Assembly (NCBI GenBank): GCA_964016885.1
Contig: OZ024746.1
Coordinates: 15,500,001 to 15,564,000 of the forward strand
DNA: 64,000 nucleotides
Source of the DNA: Eledone cirrhosa
Lineage: Eukaryota
Direction of reading: 5' to 3'
Under the pieces are notes generated by a model. It saw only the letters and a program-made list of their open reading frames with translations, was not told the DNA's origin and searched no databases. The position numbers and the translations under genes were made by a program. Below, piece by piece: positions 32,903 through 45,399 of this stretch (position 1 is its first letter; every line of letters begins with the position of its first letter).

Positions 32903-32961
32903 CACATATACATAGATACGAATAAACACACGCACACACACACATGTGTGTGGTGAGGGAT

Positions 32962-32993
<32 letters not shown>

Positions 32994-33158
32994 GGAAATG
33001 AGACTAATCAGCTCATCTACATAGGTGTCAAAACTATATGTTTTCGCCTATATTGAATTCCAACAGAGAGCAGAGTAAGGGAACACTGTCTTGATTACGA
33101 CCAGAATCAGAAACGATGATGCTCGTTGACAGTTACCCACCCTTGCGTCTGCTGCAAT

Positions 33159-33173
33159 CCACTAGATGGCGCT
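33159..33173 (+). promoter_or_regulatory. Candidate CTCF core motif
   Basis: ccactagatggcgct matches the CCAC/GYAGRKGGCRS consensus and lies in unique-looking DNA. Confidence 0.4.
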
Positions 33174-33259
33174 ACGTCATCAGTTTCCACAATTAATAGC
33201 TGAAGGCTCTCAAACGTTTATCCATAAACATATCGAGCGATGTACGAAATACTGATATA

Positions 33260-33628
33260 TCTATATATATAACAGAGGATGTCTGTCTGTGTGTCTGTTT
33301 CCCTAAAACTCGAGAAGTACCCAACCGCTTTTTCTCAAACTTTACACATGTAACCCGTATGGCACCGGAAGTGTTTTAAGCAAAAAAAATGTCAAATTAT
33401 TCTGACCTAGGGATCGAATTAGTGAAGTAGCCAATGTCTGTAGATAATAAGGGAGTGAGAGGGGAGAGAAAGAAACGGAGAGGCGAAGTGAAGAAGTGGC
33501 TCTCTACTCCTCCTCCTCCTTCTCCCCATTCGTCACAGCGTTTTTCGATAGAGGGGAGAAATGTGAACGAGTTACAGAGAGAAAGAATGAGAGTGAAAGA
33601 AACAGACAGACTAAAAGAGAGGGATAGC

Positions 33629-33685
<57 letters not shown>

Positions 33686-34615
33686 GTCGTCTTTTGAGAG
33701 TTGTATGCGTCAAAGATACATGACAGTGGAATAACTATTGTGTGTGTGTGTACGTGCGCGCGTGTGTGTGTGAGTTTGTGTGCGTTTGCATACGTGAGTG
33801 TGTATGTGTGCGTGAGTGATTATAAACTCTCTCACATGGTCTGATGGAATTAACCCTTTATCATTTACATTACACTATATATACTATATTATTTTCATGG
33901 TAAAGGCTTTATCTCACATAATATAAAAATCTCATAGATTTAATATTATTTATTTTGAGAACCTTTCATCTTTACGGGGTCGATAAAATAAAGTACCAGT
34001 AATGTACTGGGTAATTTGCTGGCCTTGTGCCAATAGTAGAAACAATTATTTATTTTGAGAACAATACCTTAGCCCTTTAGTATTAATGTGAGTGAGTTAT
34101 AAAGAGAAAGAGTGAGAGTGAAAGAAACAGACAGACTAAAAGAGGGGGATAGCGGGAGAGAGAGACGCTGGAAGAAGGGAAGGAAAGCTATATGTCTTGC
34201 TGTCTGCATTACGATACATATATATATATACACACACACACTGATCGCGTCATAATGACGTAATGCAGACAGTCAGACATACAGACAGATATTACAAGGG
34301 CGCAACGTTATATCTATGTATCTTTCTAAAAAGAAAGACTAAGAATTATAGAGAGAGATCGCTAAATCGCCCAAGGCGGTCCCTAGGGCATTGAAAATTT
34401 GAAATATTTTTTTTCTCAAAACACTCACAGGACCATAAGTATTACATGTGTAAAGTCTGAAAACAATTGGTTGGGTGGTTCTCGAGTTTTAGGGAGCTGA
34501 CAGACAGACATTCTCTGTTTTAGATATATAGACTAGCAGAAAACCACCCGGTAGGTGGTTTTCTGCTAGTCGATATATATTTAACACACACACAAACACA
34601 CAAACACAAACACAG

Positions 34616-34646
<31 letters not shown>

Positions 34647-34997
34647 CACCCATGTTCATATTTTGAGATGCATTATTCTCAAATCAGATTATTATCTCTG
34701 ACAGGAAGAACCAGTTTATAATGTTTAAGAAAAATTAAGCATACAGACATATTTTAGGAAACTTATTAATTCCTGTACACACACACACACACAAACACTT
34801 ACACATATACACACAAAAACGCGCACAGACAGACACACACGCATACAGACACATACGCTAACACACACATACCATACATACTCATACATACGCACATATG
34901 CACACACGCTAACACACACATACACACGCACATACACACTTAAACCTATATATATGTATATATATATAGAGAGACACACATAATATACATATATAAT

Positions 34998-35059
<62 letters not shown>

Positions 35060-35844
35060 CACACACACATATAACACACACCCATATATAAAACACACAC
35101 ACGCACACACATACACACACACATATAACACACACACACATATATATATATAACACACGCACACACATACACACACACATACACACACACACATATAACA
35201 CACACACATAATACACACACACACACGCATACACACATATATATATATATATATTATATGCTCAGCCCCAGTGAGTTGGTTAAAACACAAAAGCCTGTCT
35301 TAAAGTTGTCGTCTGTAAATTCAAAGAACTCGGCTGTGTCTGGCTAGATCTCCATGGTCGCGCGTGCCATGACTGGGAACGCAGGTGTCACGTGCTGGCC
35401 TAGAACGCTGGTTGTTGGAATCAGTGGTCGACGACAGGGAGTGAGAGGGGAGAGAAAGAAAGGCAGGGGTGAAGTGGCGAAGTGACTCTCTCTTCCTCCT
35501 CCATCTCCCCATTCGTCACAGCGATAGAGGGGAGGAATGTTAGTGTGTTACAAAGAGAAAGAATGAGAGAAACAGACAGACTAAAAGAGAGGGATAGCTG
35601 GAGAGAGAGAGAGATAGCAACCACGCGCGCACGTGTTTCCACTGTCGGACAGACAGACAGAGAAATTGCTGGTTATATATTATAAGGAGATATAATTATA
35701 TATTCGTGTACAGATATTTTTCCATACACAATAACAAAATATGAATAAACGTATTTATTTCACGAGGCTCAATAAGGATAAATATATATAAAATATATAA
35801 GAACCCTAGAGCAAATCCCGAGTAACGCCGGGCCATTCTGCTAG
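33260..35844. mobile_element. Cluster of non-autonomous Helitron pieces
   Basis: 5' ends a|tctatatatat...(tgtc)n at 33260 (+), 34532 (-) and ~35690 (-). 3' hairpin cccg agtaacgc cggg...CTAG|T at 35817-35844. Internal segment repeated at 33450-33640, 34090-34165 and 35437-35610. Confidence 0.7.
33962..34044 (+). mobile_element. Meta-type SINE, strongly 5'-truncated, with TSD
   Basis: TSD attatttattttgagaac on both sides. Confidence 0.85.
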
Positions 35845-35852
35845 TATATATA

Positions 35853-36359
35853 TAAAGTAAGAATATTTTCTATAAACTTAGCGACTGTAATGTCAAGTAA
35901 GAATATTTTTGAAACAGCGAGTGGGTTTGAAATTATTAGAAATTATTAGAAAAGATGAGTATTAACGTATACGCCAATACTCATCTTTTTCCATTTCTCC
36001 GAGGGTTCTTAACCCCACTATCAGGCTAAATAATTTCTTTAATTTCTTTAATTTTTTTAGTCAAAATACGGTGATAGCTTATATTTCTAATAATTTCAAA
36101 CCCACTCGCTGTTTCAAAAATATTCTTACTTGACATTACAGTCGCTAAGTTTATAGCTTCTAATTTGAATGGAAAAAGACGGGTGATGTGTTGGTGTAAA
36201 AGGTAGCAGAGTGGTCCGGATAACCAAAGATGTGGGTTCGACTCCCATGTATGTCAATACTAATCTTTTTCCATTTCTCCAAGTGTTCTTAACCCCACTA
36301 TCAGGCTAAATAATTTCTTTAATTTCTTTAGTCAAAATACGGCGATAGCTTACATTTCT

Positions 36360-36364
<5 letters not shown>
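35853..36364 (+). mobile_element. tRNA-containing element with PLE-type architecture
   Basis: Direct repeat 35975-36094 vs 36255-36364 (period 280); inverted copy 35870-35943 vs 36083-36156; TA-rich or (TA)n flanks. Confidence 0.65.
36185..36256 (+). pseudogene. tRNA-like sequence (non-canonical anticodon loop)
   Basis: Acceptor gatgtgt/gtatgtc (GU-rich), A box tggtgtaaaaggta, arm tggt ccggata acca, T arm gtggg ttcgact cccat, followed by TTTTT. Confidence 0.65.
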
Positions 36365-36404
<40 letters not shown>

Positions 36405-36411
<7 letters not shown>

Positions 36412-36612
36412 GAAATAAAATAACAGGAGGCTGGACTGGTGTAAATCCTTGTTATTTTATTTCATTTATAATTAACTCCGTATTCGCACCACCAACTACA
36501 CAAACGAAGATGGGTGAACTGCACTGCGTTGAGTACTCTTCACAATATTACACCAGGATTGACCATACGGAATGACCAGTTCTATCCAGTGGTGAACCAA
36601 CAAACCTAAAGA
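36405..36612. mobile_element. Short fold-back PLE-type fragment, related to 44224-44262
   Basis: taaatgaaataaaataacagga / tccttgttattttatttcattta; shares aataacaggaggctggactgg with 44231. Confidence 0.6.
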
Positions 36613-36621
36613 TATATATAT

Positions 36622-36811
36622 GGGGAAATGTTTAACCCCGACGGCAAAGCTCAAGCCGTTTCGATGGCTATTTCTGGACCAGAAATAGCCGTCGAAACGG
36701 CTTGAGCTTTGCCGTCGGGGTTAAACATTTTCCTATTACCCACTCTACTACCCTAAGTATTGAGTACTCTGGTGCGTTATGGTCCATCTTGTTCCTTACC
36801 ACACTTCCTTC
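36622..36811 (+). mobile_element. Fold-back family E element
   Basis: Palindrome centred on ~36678; GAAA-cggc ttgagcttt gccg-UC-gggg. Confidence 0.8.
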
Positions 36812-36812
36812 C

Positions 36813-37024
36813 TGTGGCTGAGTGGTTAGAGAATTGGATTCACAATCTTGAGGTTGTGAGTTCGAGTCCTGGACCGGGCGATGCGTTATGTCCTTAAGTA
36901 ACACACCACTTTATTTCACGTTGCTCCTTCTACCTGAAGTTGCGACCGATAGATAGTATTAGCAACTGGAAAGACCAACGGAAACATTGTTTCCTCGGTC
37001 CGATTTGACGAAAGTCGATCGTTC

Positions 37025-37028
<4 letters not shown>
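36813..37028 (+). mobile_element. CORE-type SINE
   Basis: tggctgagtgg...gagttcgagtcc...gttatgtccttaag; reverse complement of 23679-23890. Confidence 0.88.
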
Positions 37029-37060
<32 letters not shown>

Positions 37061-37566
37061 TATATAAAGAAATATAAAGTGCCCTATAAATTTTGACATG
37101 TGTATTCACAAGTTTGTAATGTGAGTGTGTGTGCGCGCGCACGCGTTTGTGTGATTTATTTAGACGTTTCTTATTTCTTTACTATTCATTTATTTATGAT
37201 CAATAAAATAAAGTACCAGTTAAACACTGGAGATCGATATAATCGACTTCCCACACCAATGTATCTAAATGGCCATGTATCTAAAATCCGAAACCGAGAT
37301 TATTAAATAGGTCTGTGGACAGACAGGGTCGTGAGATCAATGGACAGACAGGGTCGTGAGAGCAATGGACAAAATTCTTGGCAGTAATGCTGGAGTTGTG
37401 CTTAAATGTAAGTTTCATTAAAGAGACCTCGAAGTGCACCTAGCTCTCGTACAACATAGTATAGTGCTTGGTTATTTGACACTCGTCAGGCAGTAAGACA
37501 TCCGCTAATTATCATAATTACTGTGAAAAATATCAATAATAATTATTATTACACACCCCCACACAC

Positions 37567-37605
<39 letters not shown>

Positions 37606-37756
37606 TGTGTGTATGTTTGTATACATATCGACAATGTCCCAGACTTCATTCATTCGGGTGGAAGTCGCAACTCCTGGCAGAAAGAGCAACATGAAGTAAA
37701 GCTTCTTGCTCTAAGACATAACGCATCGCCTGGTCCGGGAATCGAATTCGCAACCT

Positions 37757-37841
<85 letters not shown>

Positions 37842-37844
<3 letters not shown>

Positions 37845-38031
37845 CGAAAGAAATGTGGTAAGGAACCAGGTGGACCATAACGCACCAAAGTACTCAATAC
37901 TCAGGGTAGTAGAGTGGGTAATAGGAACGAGTAGGACCCCGACGGCTGAGCTCAAGCCGTTTTGACGGCTAATTCTGGACAGAATTAGCCGTCGAAACGG
38001 CTTGAGCTCAGCCGTCGGGCTCCTACTCGTT

Positions 38032-38034
<3 letters not shown>
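37842..38034 (-). mobile_element. Fold-back family E element
   Basis: Palindrome centred on tggaca at 37976-37981; (TA)n on both sides. Confidence 0.82.
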
Positions 38035-38093
<59 letters not shown>

Positions 38094-38164
38094 GCTAAAA
38101 CAGCACGACGTGCTGTGACCAGCGGCACCGATTGGCGCCGGACAGACTGGTCAAGGTGATCAAG

Positions 38165-38222
<58 letters not shown>

Positions 38223-38748
38223 GGGTTGCACGCGCGCACACACTATACAGTTACATGTATATAAACATGTTATATACAAATATATACGCATATATACTCA
38301 TATGCATATATTCACATATACATATACATATATATATATATATATACATATATATACATATATATACACATATATATACATATATATATATACATATATA
38401 TATACATATATATACATATATATATACATATATATACATATATATATATAATCTTACACCTACATAATCATATAGCTTTAAATAATTTATAATTTATGTT
38501 TTAGAAAGCAGAGTTCAGTTAATGAATGCATTAAATCTTAAAAGAAATGTTTAACTGTTGTATATATTTCTCTGAAGTTTCTGCTATCACTGAAGTAATC
38601 TTATTTTCAGTTCTGTGAAGAAAAAAAATCTTGTCATCATAGAACGAAATATACATCAAATGTAGATAGGTAGGTTAGCATGTAGGTACTGAGGTAAGAT
38701 GAAATGATGGCCTCTACTTACCTACCGCCCTCTTTCTCTTCATGTGCG

Positions 38749-38803
<55 letters not shown>

Positions 38804-39248
38804 GTGTGTGTGTATGTATATATAGGTTTCGAAGATTCTAGAATATCAAGATTCTGTTTACTGGTCTGCAGATCTGGTTCCTCAATGAGTCCAGCTGGGA
38901 CTAGTTTTGCAATTATTGGTGTATAATATCCGCATGGTGCAATCTACTGTTACTGAAATTTGATTTTAATTTTCGACAAAGCCAGCCGTAAAATCGCTCC
39001 GTATGCAAATAAGTCTAATCAGCCGATGTATACTATAGAAAACATTATATATTTTCAACAGGTCAAGTGAGTGACAGAAAAAGATACGCAGTCTTGACAA
39101 AGAGGAATAACCCAGAAACAACGTTGTTGGTTGTTTCTCTATGTCACTGCTAGAACAAACGGATGACGGTGGCCATCTAAAAACATGGCGTAATGAGGCT
39201 GTTTGCTTGCAAAGTAATCAAATATTATTATTATTATTCGATATAAGA

Positions 39249-39338
<90 letters not shown>

Positions 39339-40006
39339 GAGAGAGATAGAAATAGAAATAGATATAATTTTGACTTTATTCATTATTAGAGAAAAGAATG
39401 TGAAGACCCTGCCTCTGATGTTTCAAACGTTTGTGGTATTAAAATTGAATTTAAACAGATAAAGTTTAAAATCCAGAGGAAAATGACGTAGGAGGGAGAA
39501 CGTGTAGAACGTGAATACATATAATGAGGCTCATTATATGGTTCTAAGCTTTAGCTTATAGGTAAGTCCAGCACTATATACCAGAAACTAAAACGAGTTT
39601 TCATAGATGTAATATTTGTTCGACATTACAACCTACAACCATTAGTCGAATGATAAAGAATCAGCAGAGAAAAACTGGAACGGGGTATGTATTACTGGAG
39701 ATTCCAAGGAACAACGACTTTCTTATTTCATCTGAGTCCCCCTTCACTGTTTCTGCTATAATCTTCTGTGACATATATCTGGACAGTAAATAAAATACAA
39801 CATGAAGTCAGTCTACCACGTTACACTCGGTTCAGTAAACCATTGTATGTCGGAGCACACGACTCCCGTAGAGGGGATAGGGATATAGGGCCCTGAATCT
39901 GGATTACCAACTTAGCTACCTAGATCTGCCCGGAAATTGATGACCTATCACTAAAAAACTACAATATGTTTTGTCTTCCAGACTGAAACTACATTCTTTT
40001 GTTGTA

Positions 40007-40209
40007 CTCCCGGGTCTCGAATAATTATACATGACAAAAAAAAGTACATTACTAGAAATCTCATACGTTTTAAAACAAACAGGGTGGGTAGGGGTCTCAA
40101 AATGTAAACTAAATGACTAATTCTGTTTTTCTTTTAAAGATCAACGGTTTTCCACCACCACCCGCTTATTCCCCCCCCCCCCCCCCCCCTATTATTTGGG
40201 ACCCGAGAG
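40007..40209. mobile_element. Tc1/mariner-type MITE with TA TSD
   Basis: ta|ctcccgggtctcgaataat ... attatttgggacccgagag|ta. Confidence 0.7.
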
Positions 40210-41280
40210 TAGTAGAATTACTGCAAGAACTACAATAATACATTGATTACACTTCACCAGTTCTACAACACTATACTATCTTACACGAAACACCAATCAA
40301 TACTTTATTACACAAGGTAACAACCAACTTACTCTACATTGCTTTACACACGACAAATAACACTGTCAAAACATTTATCCCTATCATATTATACATACAG
40401 GTCACAGCAAAAGAAAGAACAACAGTGCTAAAAGAAAACTAAAAAAATAATACAAAACAATCGGAAATGTATATCATAAGATGACCAGATGCCAGAATAA
40501 GGTTTAGAGGTCGCATGTGATCTGAGTAATGGTTTCATATTTCAAGAATAAAATGAAAAAGATATAATATTCTCTTGTTCTGAATATGTTGAACATTAAG
40601 CAACTATTTTTGTATTGTATTTCAGAGGGAAAGTGATACAGACCACATGCAAAATGGATTTACTCATAGGAAGTAATTCGATTTCAACAGACAATGAATA
40701 AATAGATAGATAGATAAATAAATAGATAAATAAGCTAAACTATTCAATATGAGATATTACATTTTATCTATTTCTACCTAACGACATTAAATGTGTTACG
40801 AAGACGGGACAGACACCCGAAAGTATAAAGAAAACAACAACAATGCTTTCTAACACTGGCAGAAGGTTTCAAAGTCTTGAGAAGGGAGAAAGGGACATTT
40901 AAACTATTTCAATACTAATACTTGGGATTTGTAAGTATTATATTGATTTCAGAACAATGTAAAGCAAGCTATACCCCAATGGGAGTCAAAATCAGAACAT
41001 AACGGAACGTAACTCGATGCACTACGTGGTATTTTGACATTAGTAAGGTCTCCAAATAGGATGGTCCGTGGCAATTTAGTAGAGCTTATTCTGGTAGTAT
41101 GTCTTGCCTAGTGCAATAGATGACATAGAATCGTAGCCTCAACGTCGGAATGAAGCGTTCTGAAGAAGACATTTTGTTTGTAATTATCTTTATAGCTAAT
41201 ATTGAGGAATCCGCGTAGTTTCTTTTACTGAGGTTTTCTAACAGTTTTAAACTCGATGGTACATGGTCCAAGTCTGAGAA

Positions 41281-41402
41281 CCAGCATCGAGATGAACGGA
41301 GCTGAATTGATGACTAAGGACCAGCATCGAGTCGAGATGAACGGAGCCTAGTTGATGACTAAGGTCCAAAATCGAGATCAACGGAGCTTAATTGATGACT
41401 AA
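41281..41402. repeat. ~40-bp minisatellite, 3 copies
   Basis: ccagcatcgagatgaacggagctgaattgatgactaag repeated. Confidence 0.85.
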
Positions 41403-42238
41403 CATCCTCCACAGTTGTTTATAGGTTATTTTGGTCACAAGTTGACGGCAAACGTTAACAGCTGCGCTCGGGCGAATATCTATGTCTTTTTGTTTTCCTC
41501 TCACTGCAACCAACACAAACACAGATATACTAGATAAAAATATAAATGTTAAGAGAAAATAAACAAGAACAACATGAGTAATATTTCTTCTATCCTACAT
41601 AAGACAACGTGGTCAAGAGGAAGACGGGGGAAGAGGGGGAGGAGGAAGACGGGGGAAGAGGGGGAGGAGGAAGACGGGGGAAGAGGGGGAGGAGGAGGGG
41701 TGGGAGAGGGGGAGGAGGAAGACGGGGGAAGAGGGGGAGGGGAGGGGAGGGGGAGGGGGAGGAGGAGGAGTAAAAGAAAACGACGAAGTGGTGGTAATAG
41801 AATATTAAGAAGAGAAGGGGTGGGGAATGACAGTTGGATAGCGGCAACAGCAGAATCAAATGTGTATAATAGGCACCAATATCATCATTACAACAACATC
41901 ACTAACACCAACACAACACCATCACCACCACCACCATCATCATCATCATGATTGGAAAGATTAGCCAAAAATTGCTAATTGAGTTTATGATAGCAAATTT
42001 ATAAGTGATATGTTAGTTCGTTTCTGAATTTGTTTAGCAAGATTCTTTATCTGAAATCGTGTGTTGAAACCGATATTGTTATACTTTGGGAGGGTCATGT
42101 TGCCAATAAGAAACACACGCACCAGTTGCTTTCACTTCAATTTATTATATATTTATAAATTTATAAATTTACAAATTTACAAACTTATAAATTTCTGGTT
42201 GGTTGGTTGGTTCCACAACCAGATAGTTGTTTATATAT

Positions 42239-42283
42239 AGTCATAGTCCTTTCGTCACACACTCTGTGACCTCTTCAGTGACT
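42239..42283 (-). ncRNA. Minimal type I hammerhead ribozyme in the PLE 3'UTR
   Basis: agtca-CUGAAGA-g-gtcaca gagtg tgtgac-GAAA-ggac-UA-tgact. Confidence 0.82.
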
Positions 42284-42650
42284 GGGGATTCCTTTCTTTG
42301 TTTCTGTGCCTTTCCTTTCTTCTATCCTACGCCATTTTGTTTCTGTGTGTGTGTTGTGTGCTCAGTTTGCGCATGCGCCACATCCGGGTGTCTGTGTGTG
42401 TTTGTGTTCATTTATCTATTTGTTTATTTATTTATTTATTTATTGTTGGTTGGTTGTTTGTTCTATGTGTGTGTGTGTTTTCATTTTGTCCTGTGTGTGT
42501 TTTCATTTTGTCCTTAATTGTAAGTCGTTTGTTCTATGTGTGTGTGTGTTTTCATTTTGTCCTGTGTGTGTTTTCATTTTGTCCTTAATTGTAAGTTGTG
42601 ATGTTGCTGTTCCACTCATATTTTCTATTTAATTTTATTTTATTTTATTT

Positions 42651-43274
42651 TTAATTTAATTTTGGTTTTAATTCTTTTATGCTTACTGCCTCTGTAATTT
42701 GCCTAAACATTGCGTCTTTTCTGTGTGTGGATTCTATTTTTATTTCTATGTTCTCTAATCTACCCCTGTGTTCTATCTTAGCATGTTGGTAGAGCACAGA
42801 TGATTCTTTATTATCTTGGAGGTCTCGCCAGTATTCATTTATTCGTTCCCCTATACTACGAGCTGTCTCACCTATGTACACTATATTTTTGTTTCTACAT
42901 TGTCCTTCAGTACATCTTATGCTATACACTACATTTCTAGTTTTACAGTTAATATGGGGGCTTATTTTACAGGTTATACATTTCTTATCTATACATGAGG
43001 ATCTTTGGAACGGGTATGTCTTGCTAATAAGTGTTTTTACGGAGGTACCTGGTCTTTCTACTATCTTAATATTGAGATTATGTTTATTTAGGGCCCTTCT
43101 AAATTTGTAGGCTAGTTCGCCTCTAGGGGTTGTATTGATGAACATTACACTCTGGTATTTATTGCTATCATACCATGAGTTTATTCTATTGGCCTTGTTC
43201 CTAGTTCTTTCTATTCTATTCCAAAATTTGCTCCTATACAAGGGGCAGGTTCCATTTAAGTCATTATTTACCAT
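42651..43274 (-). CDS. PLE C-terminal linker and GIY-YIG endonuclease (partial; RT missing)
   Basis: CIDKKCITC...[12 protein letters not shown]...C...[16 protein letters not shown]...SVLYQH...[17 protein letters not shown]. Confidence 0.9.
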   Translation of the reverse strand: MVNNDLNGTCPLYRSKFWNRIERTRNKANRINSWYDSNKYQSVMFINTTPRGELAYKFRRALNKHNLNIKIVERPGTSVKTLISKTYPFQRSSCIDKKCITCKISPHINCKTRNVVYSIRCTEGQCRNKNIVYIGETARSIGERINEYWRDLQDNKESSVLYQHAKIEHRGRLENIEIKIESTHRKDAMFRQITEAVSIKELKPKLN

Positions 43275-43342
43275 ATGATATGTTAGTCTTTAATGTGAAA
43301 GAAATGTGAAAGAAATCAAAGCCAAACACGATTGCATGTCTT

Positions 43343-43436
<94 letters not shown>

Positions 43437-43491
43437 TATATATACCCACATATGTATATATACACACACATGTATATATACACACACATGT

Positions 43492-43561
<70 letters not shown>

Positions 43562-43646
43562 AAAAGGTAAACAGAAATAACAACACAATCGGTACAGTAT
43601 ACGGAAGGGATATATTAGGTTAACGCTTGATATAGCAGGAAGAGGG

Positions 43647-43682
43647 TCTTAACGTTTCGGACGCTAGGCCTTCATCAGAAGA
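43647..43682 (-). ncRNA. Minimal type I hammerhead ribozyme (in a ~220-bp insert at 43560-43780)
   Basis: tctt-CUGAUGA-a-gg cctagcgt cc-GAAA-cg-UU-aaga; palindromic ACGU stem III. Confidence 0.8.
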
Positions 43683-43778
43683 AACAATGAGAAATAAGAT
43701 AGATTGAGGGAACGGGTGGGTTGGAATTGGAAAAAATGTCTTTAGATAAAAATAAGAGGTCCATTCATGTTGACATCT

Positions 43779-43847
<69 letters not shown>

Positions 43848-44166
43848 AACAACGAACAGCGGAGGACACGTTTCGCACCTTTCCGACAGACCCCCCCCCC
43901 CGATCCCCCACCCCAGTTGATGGATGTGAATCCGAAATATATAGGGACAATTAAATCTCTCCCAAGGTAACTCTATCTCGTGTTATTATTTTTATCCTTT
44001 ACGCTCTTTCCTACATTCTTCTACACGCTACACATCTCAACCTCTCTCTCCACCACCGGATCTTGTTACCCCGAGATTTACCCATCTGCATTGTTGAGGC
44101 TTCCAAAACGACCTAAAGAAATATACCTTATTATTCCACAATGCTTCAAGCAAACTTCAATACTCT

Positions 44167-44229
<63 letters not shown>

Positions 44230-44274
44230 AAATAACAGGAGGCTGGACTGGCGTAATTCCTTAAAAGGTTTATT

Positions 44275-44332
44275 ATACTATGATCATTTCAATGACCGGG
44301 TTCAGTATGAATCCGGTGACATCATCAGGTAT
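44275..44332 (-). ncRNA. Type I hammerhead ribozyme
   Basis: atac-CUGAUGA-tgtc accgg attca tac tgaac ccggt catt-GAAA-tgatca-UA-gtat. Confidence 0.75.
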
Positions 44333-44639
44333 TCGAAATATAACAAAGGAATATAATAGACAAAATCCATGGGGCTGACAATCAGAGACATTGGGGGCGA
44401 CAGAACATTTAACAGCTTCTACCCCGGTCGGCTGTTAAATGTTATATAAACTATAGGGTTTCTCTTATGTAAGTGTGGATGTGGACAGGTGTGTGTGTGG
44501 GCGTGTGTGGGTGGTGGTATGTGTGTAGGTGTAGCTATGCACGTAGGTGTGTGTGTATATGGGAAGGTTATCTGGGTGTAACGGCTGCCTACACACTCGT
44601 TAAAATGACTCAGATTGTTGACTTTGTCGAAGCAGTTCC

Positions 44640-44897
44640 ACATCTCTCTATTGTCTGTAACAGGGTCCCTCAAATATCCCAGCTACGAATTGCTAACCAC
44701 ATCAATCTGTTGTTTGTAACATAACTTCCTCAGGTATCCCAGTTTCGAACTTCTAGACCCCCATCTATCTATTGTCTGTAACAGGGTCTTTCAGATATCC
44801 TAGCTACGAACTTTTAACCTCCATCTATCTGTTCTATGTACCATCCCTCACCCCTCAGGTATCTCAGCTACGAACTTCTAAACCCCATCTATCTGTA
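44640..44897. repeat. Degenerate ~58-bp minisatellite, ~4 copies
   Basis: catctatct...tgtaac...cctcaggtatcccagctacgaacttcta repeated. Confidence 0.75.
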
Positions 44898-45399
44898 CAA
44901 ACCATTTACTATTTTGAAATGTCTGTACCAGTTAGTTTCTTCACCTACCCATATCCCAACAAACTATATTAATTTTCCAAATTCTCTGGACCTTTTTCTC
45001 CCTCTTCAAATCCAACATTCATCTTGTCCTCACACTTTCTATCGTCCAATCTCTGTCTGACCATGACAACTCACCCCATTGTTTCCTATCGTATTCCTAT
45101 CTCTCGAACGTTTTGGTAATTCAAACCAGTTAACAGATGGCAGCACCGCCAATTCAACGTTGACTAAATTTGAGTGAGTATGTGATTCATTATTGGGTGA
45201 GTATGTAATTCATTATTGACCCATTCGACATAACTAAGCAGACGACCTACACTAATCTCGTAGGTATGTCACTCCTCGCTGTAATTATAAACAGGATGTA
45301 TATTGATTGCCGTCTGCACTTAGACCAAGTTGTACCACCAACACCACTACAATGACTGGGAAAAGGCAATCAAGAAAACAACTGATTGTATTCATTTTA

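Larger units (their letters stand above)
42018..43275 (-). mobile_element. 5'-truncated Penelope-like element with 12-bp TSD
   Basis: TSD tgatatgttagt at 42006-42017 and 43276-43287; GIY-YIG ORF end, 3'UTR, sense-strand HHR. Confidence 0.9.

Noticed and set aside
36185-36256. Functional tRNA gene
   Set aside because: The anticodon loop lacks U33 and the acceptor stem has four GU pairs; kept only as tRNA-like.
38611-40672. Two possible small exons (ttttcag|38611-38669|gtaggt and tttcag|40626-40672|gtaatt)
   Set aside because: Short, no recognisable protein similarity; such splice-like words are common in AT-rich DNA.
41594-41775. Gly/Glu/Arg-rich ORF and G-quadruplex-like tract
   Set aside because: Purine-rich 24-bp low-complexity repeat with no coding evidence.
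42048-42083. ctgaaa...gaaa...tt motif suggesting a plus-strand HHR variant (also 27278 and 52525)
   Set aside because: The core is incomplete and antisense to the PLE; the real HHR is at 42239-42283 on the minus strand.
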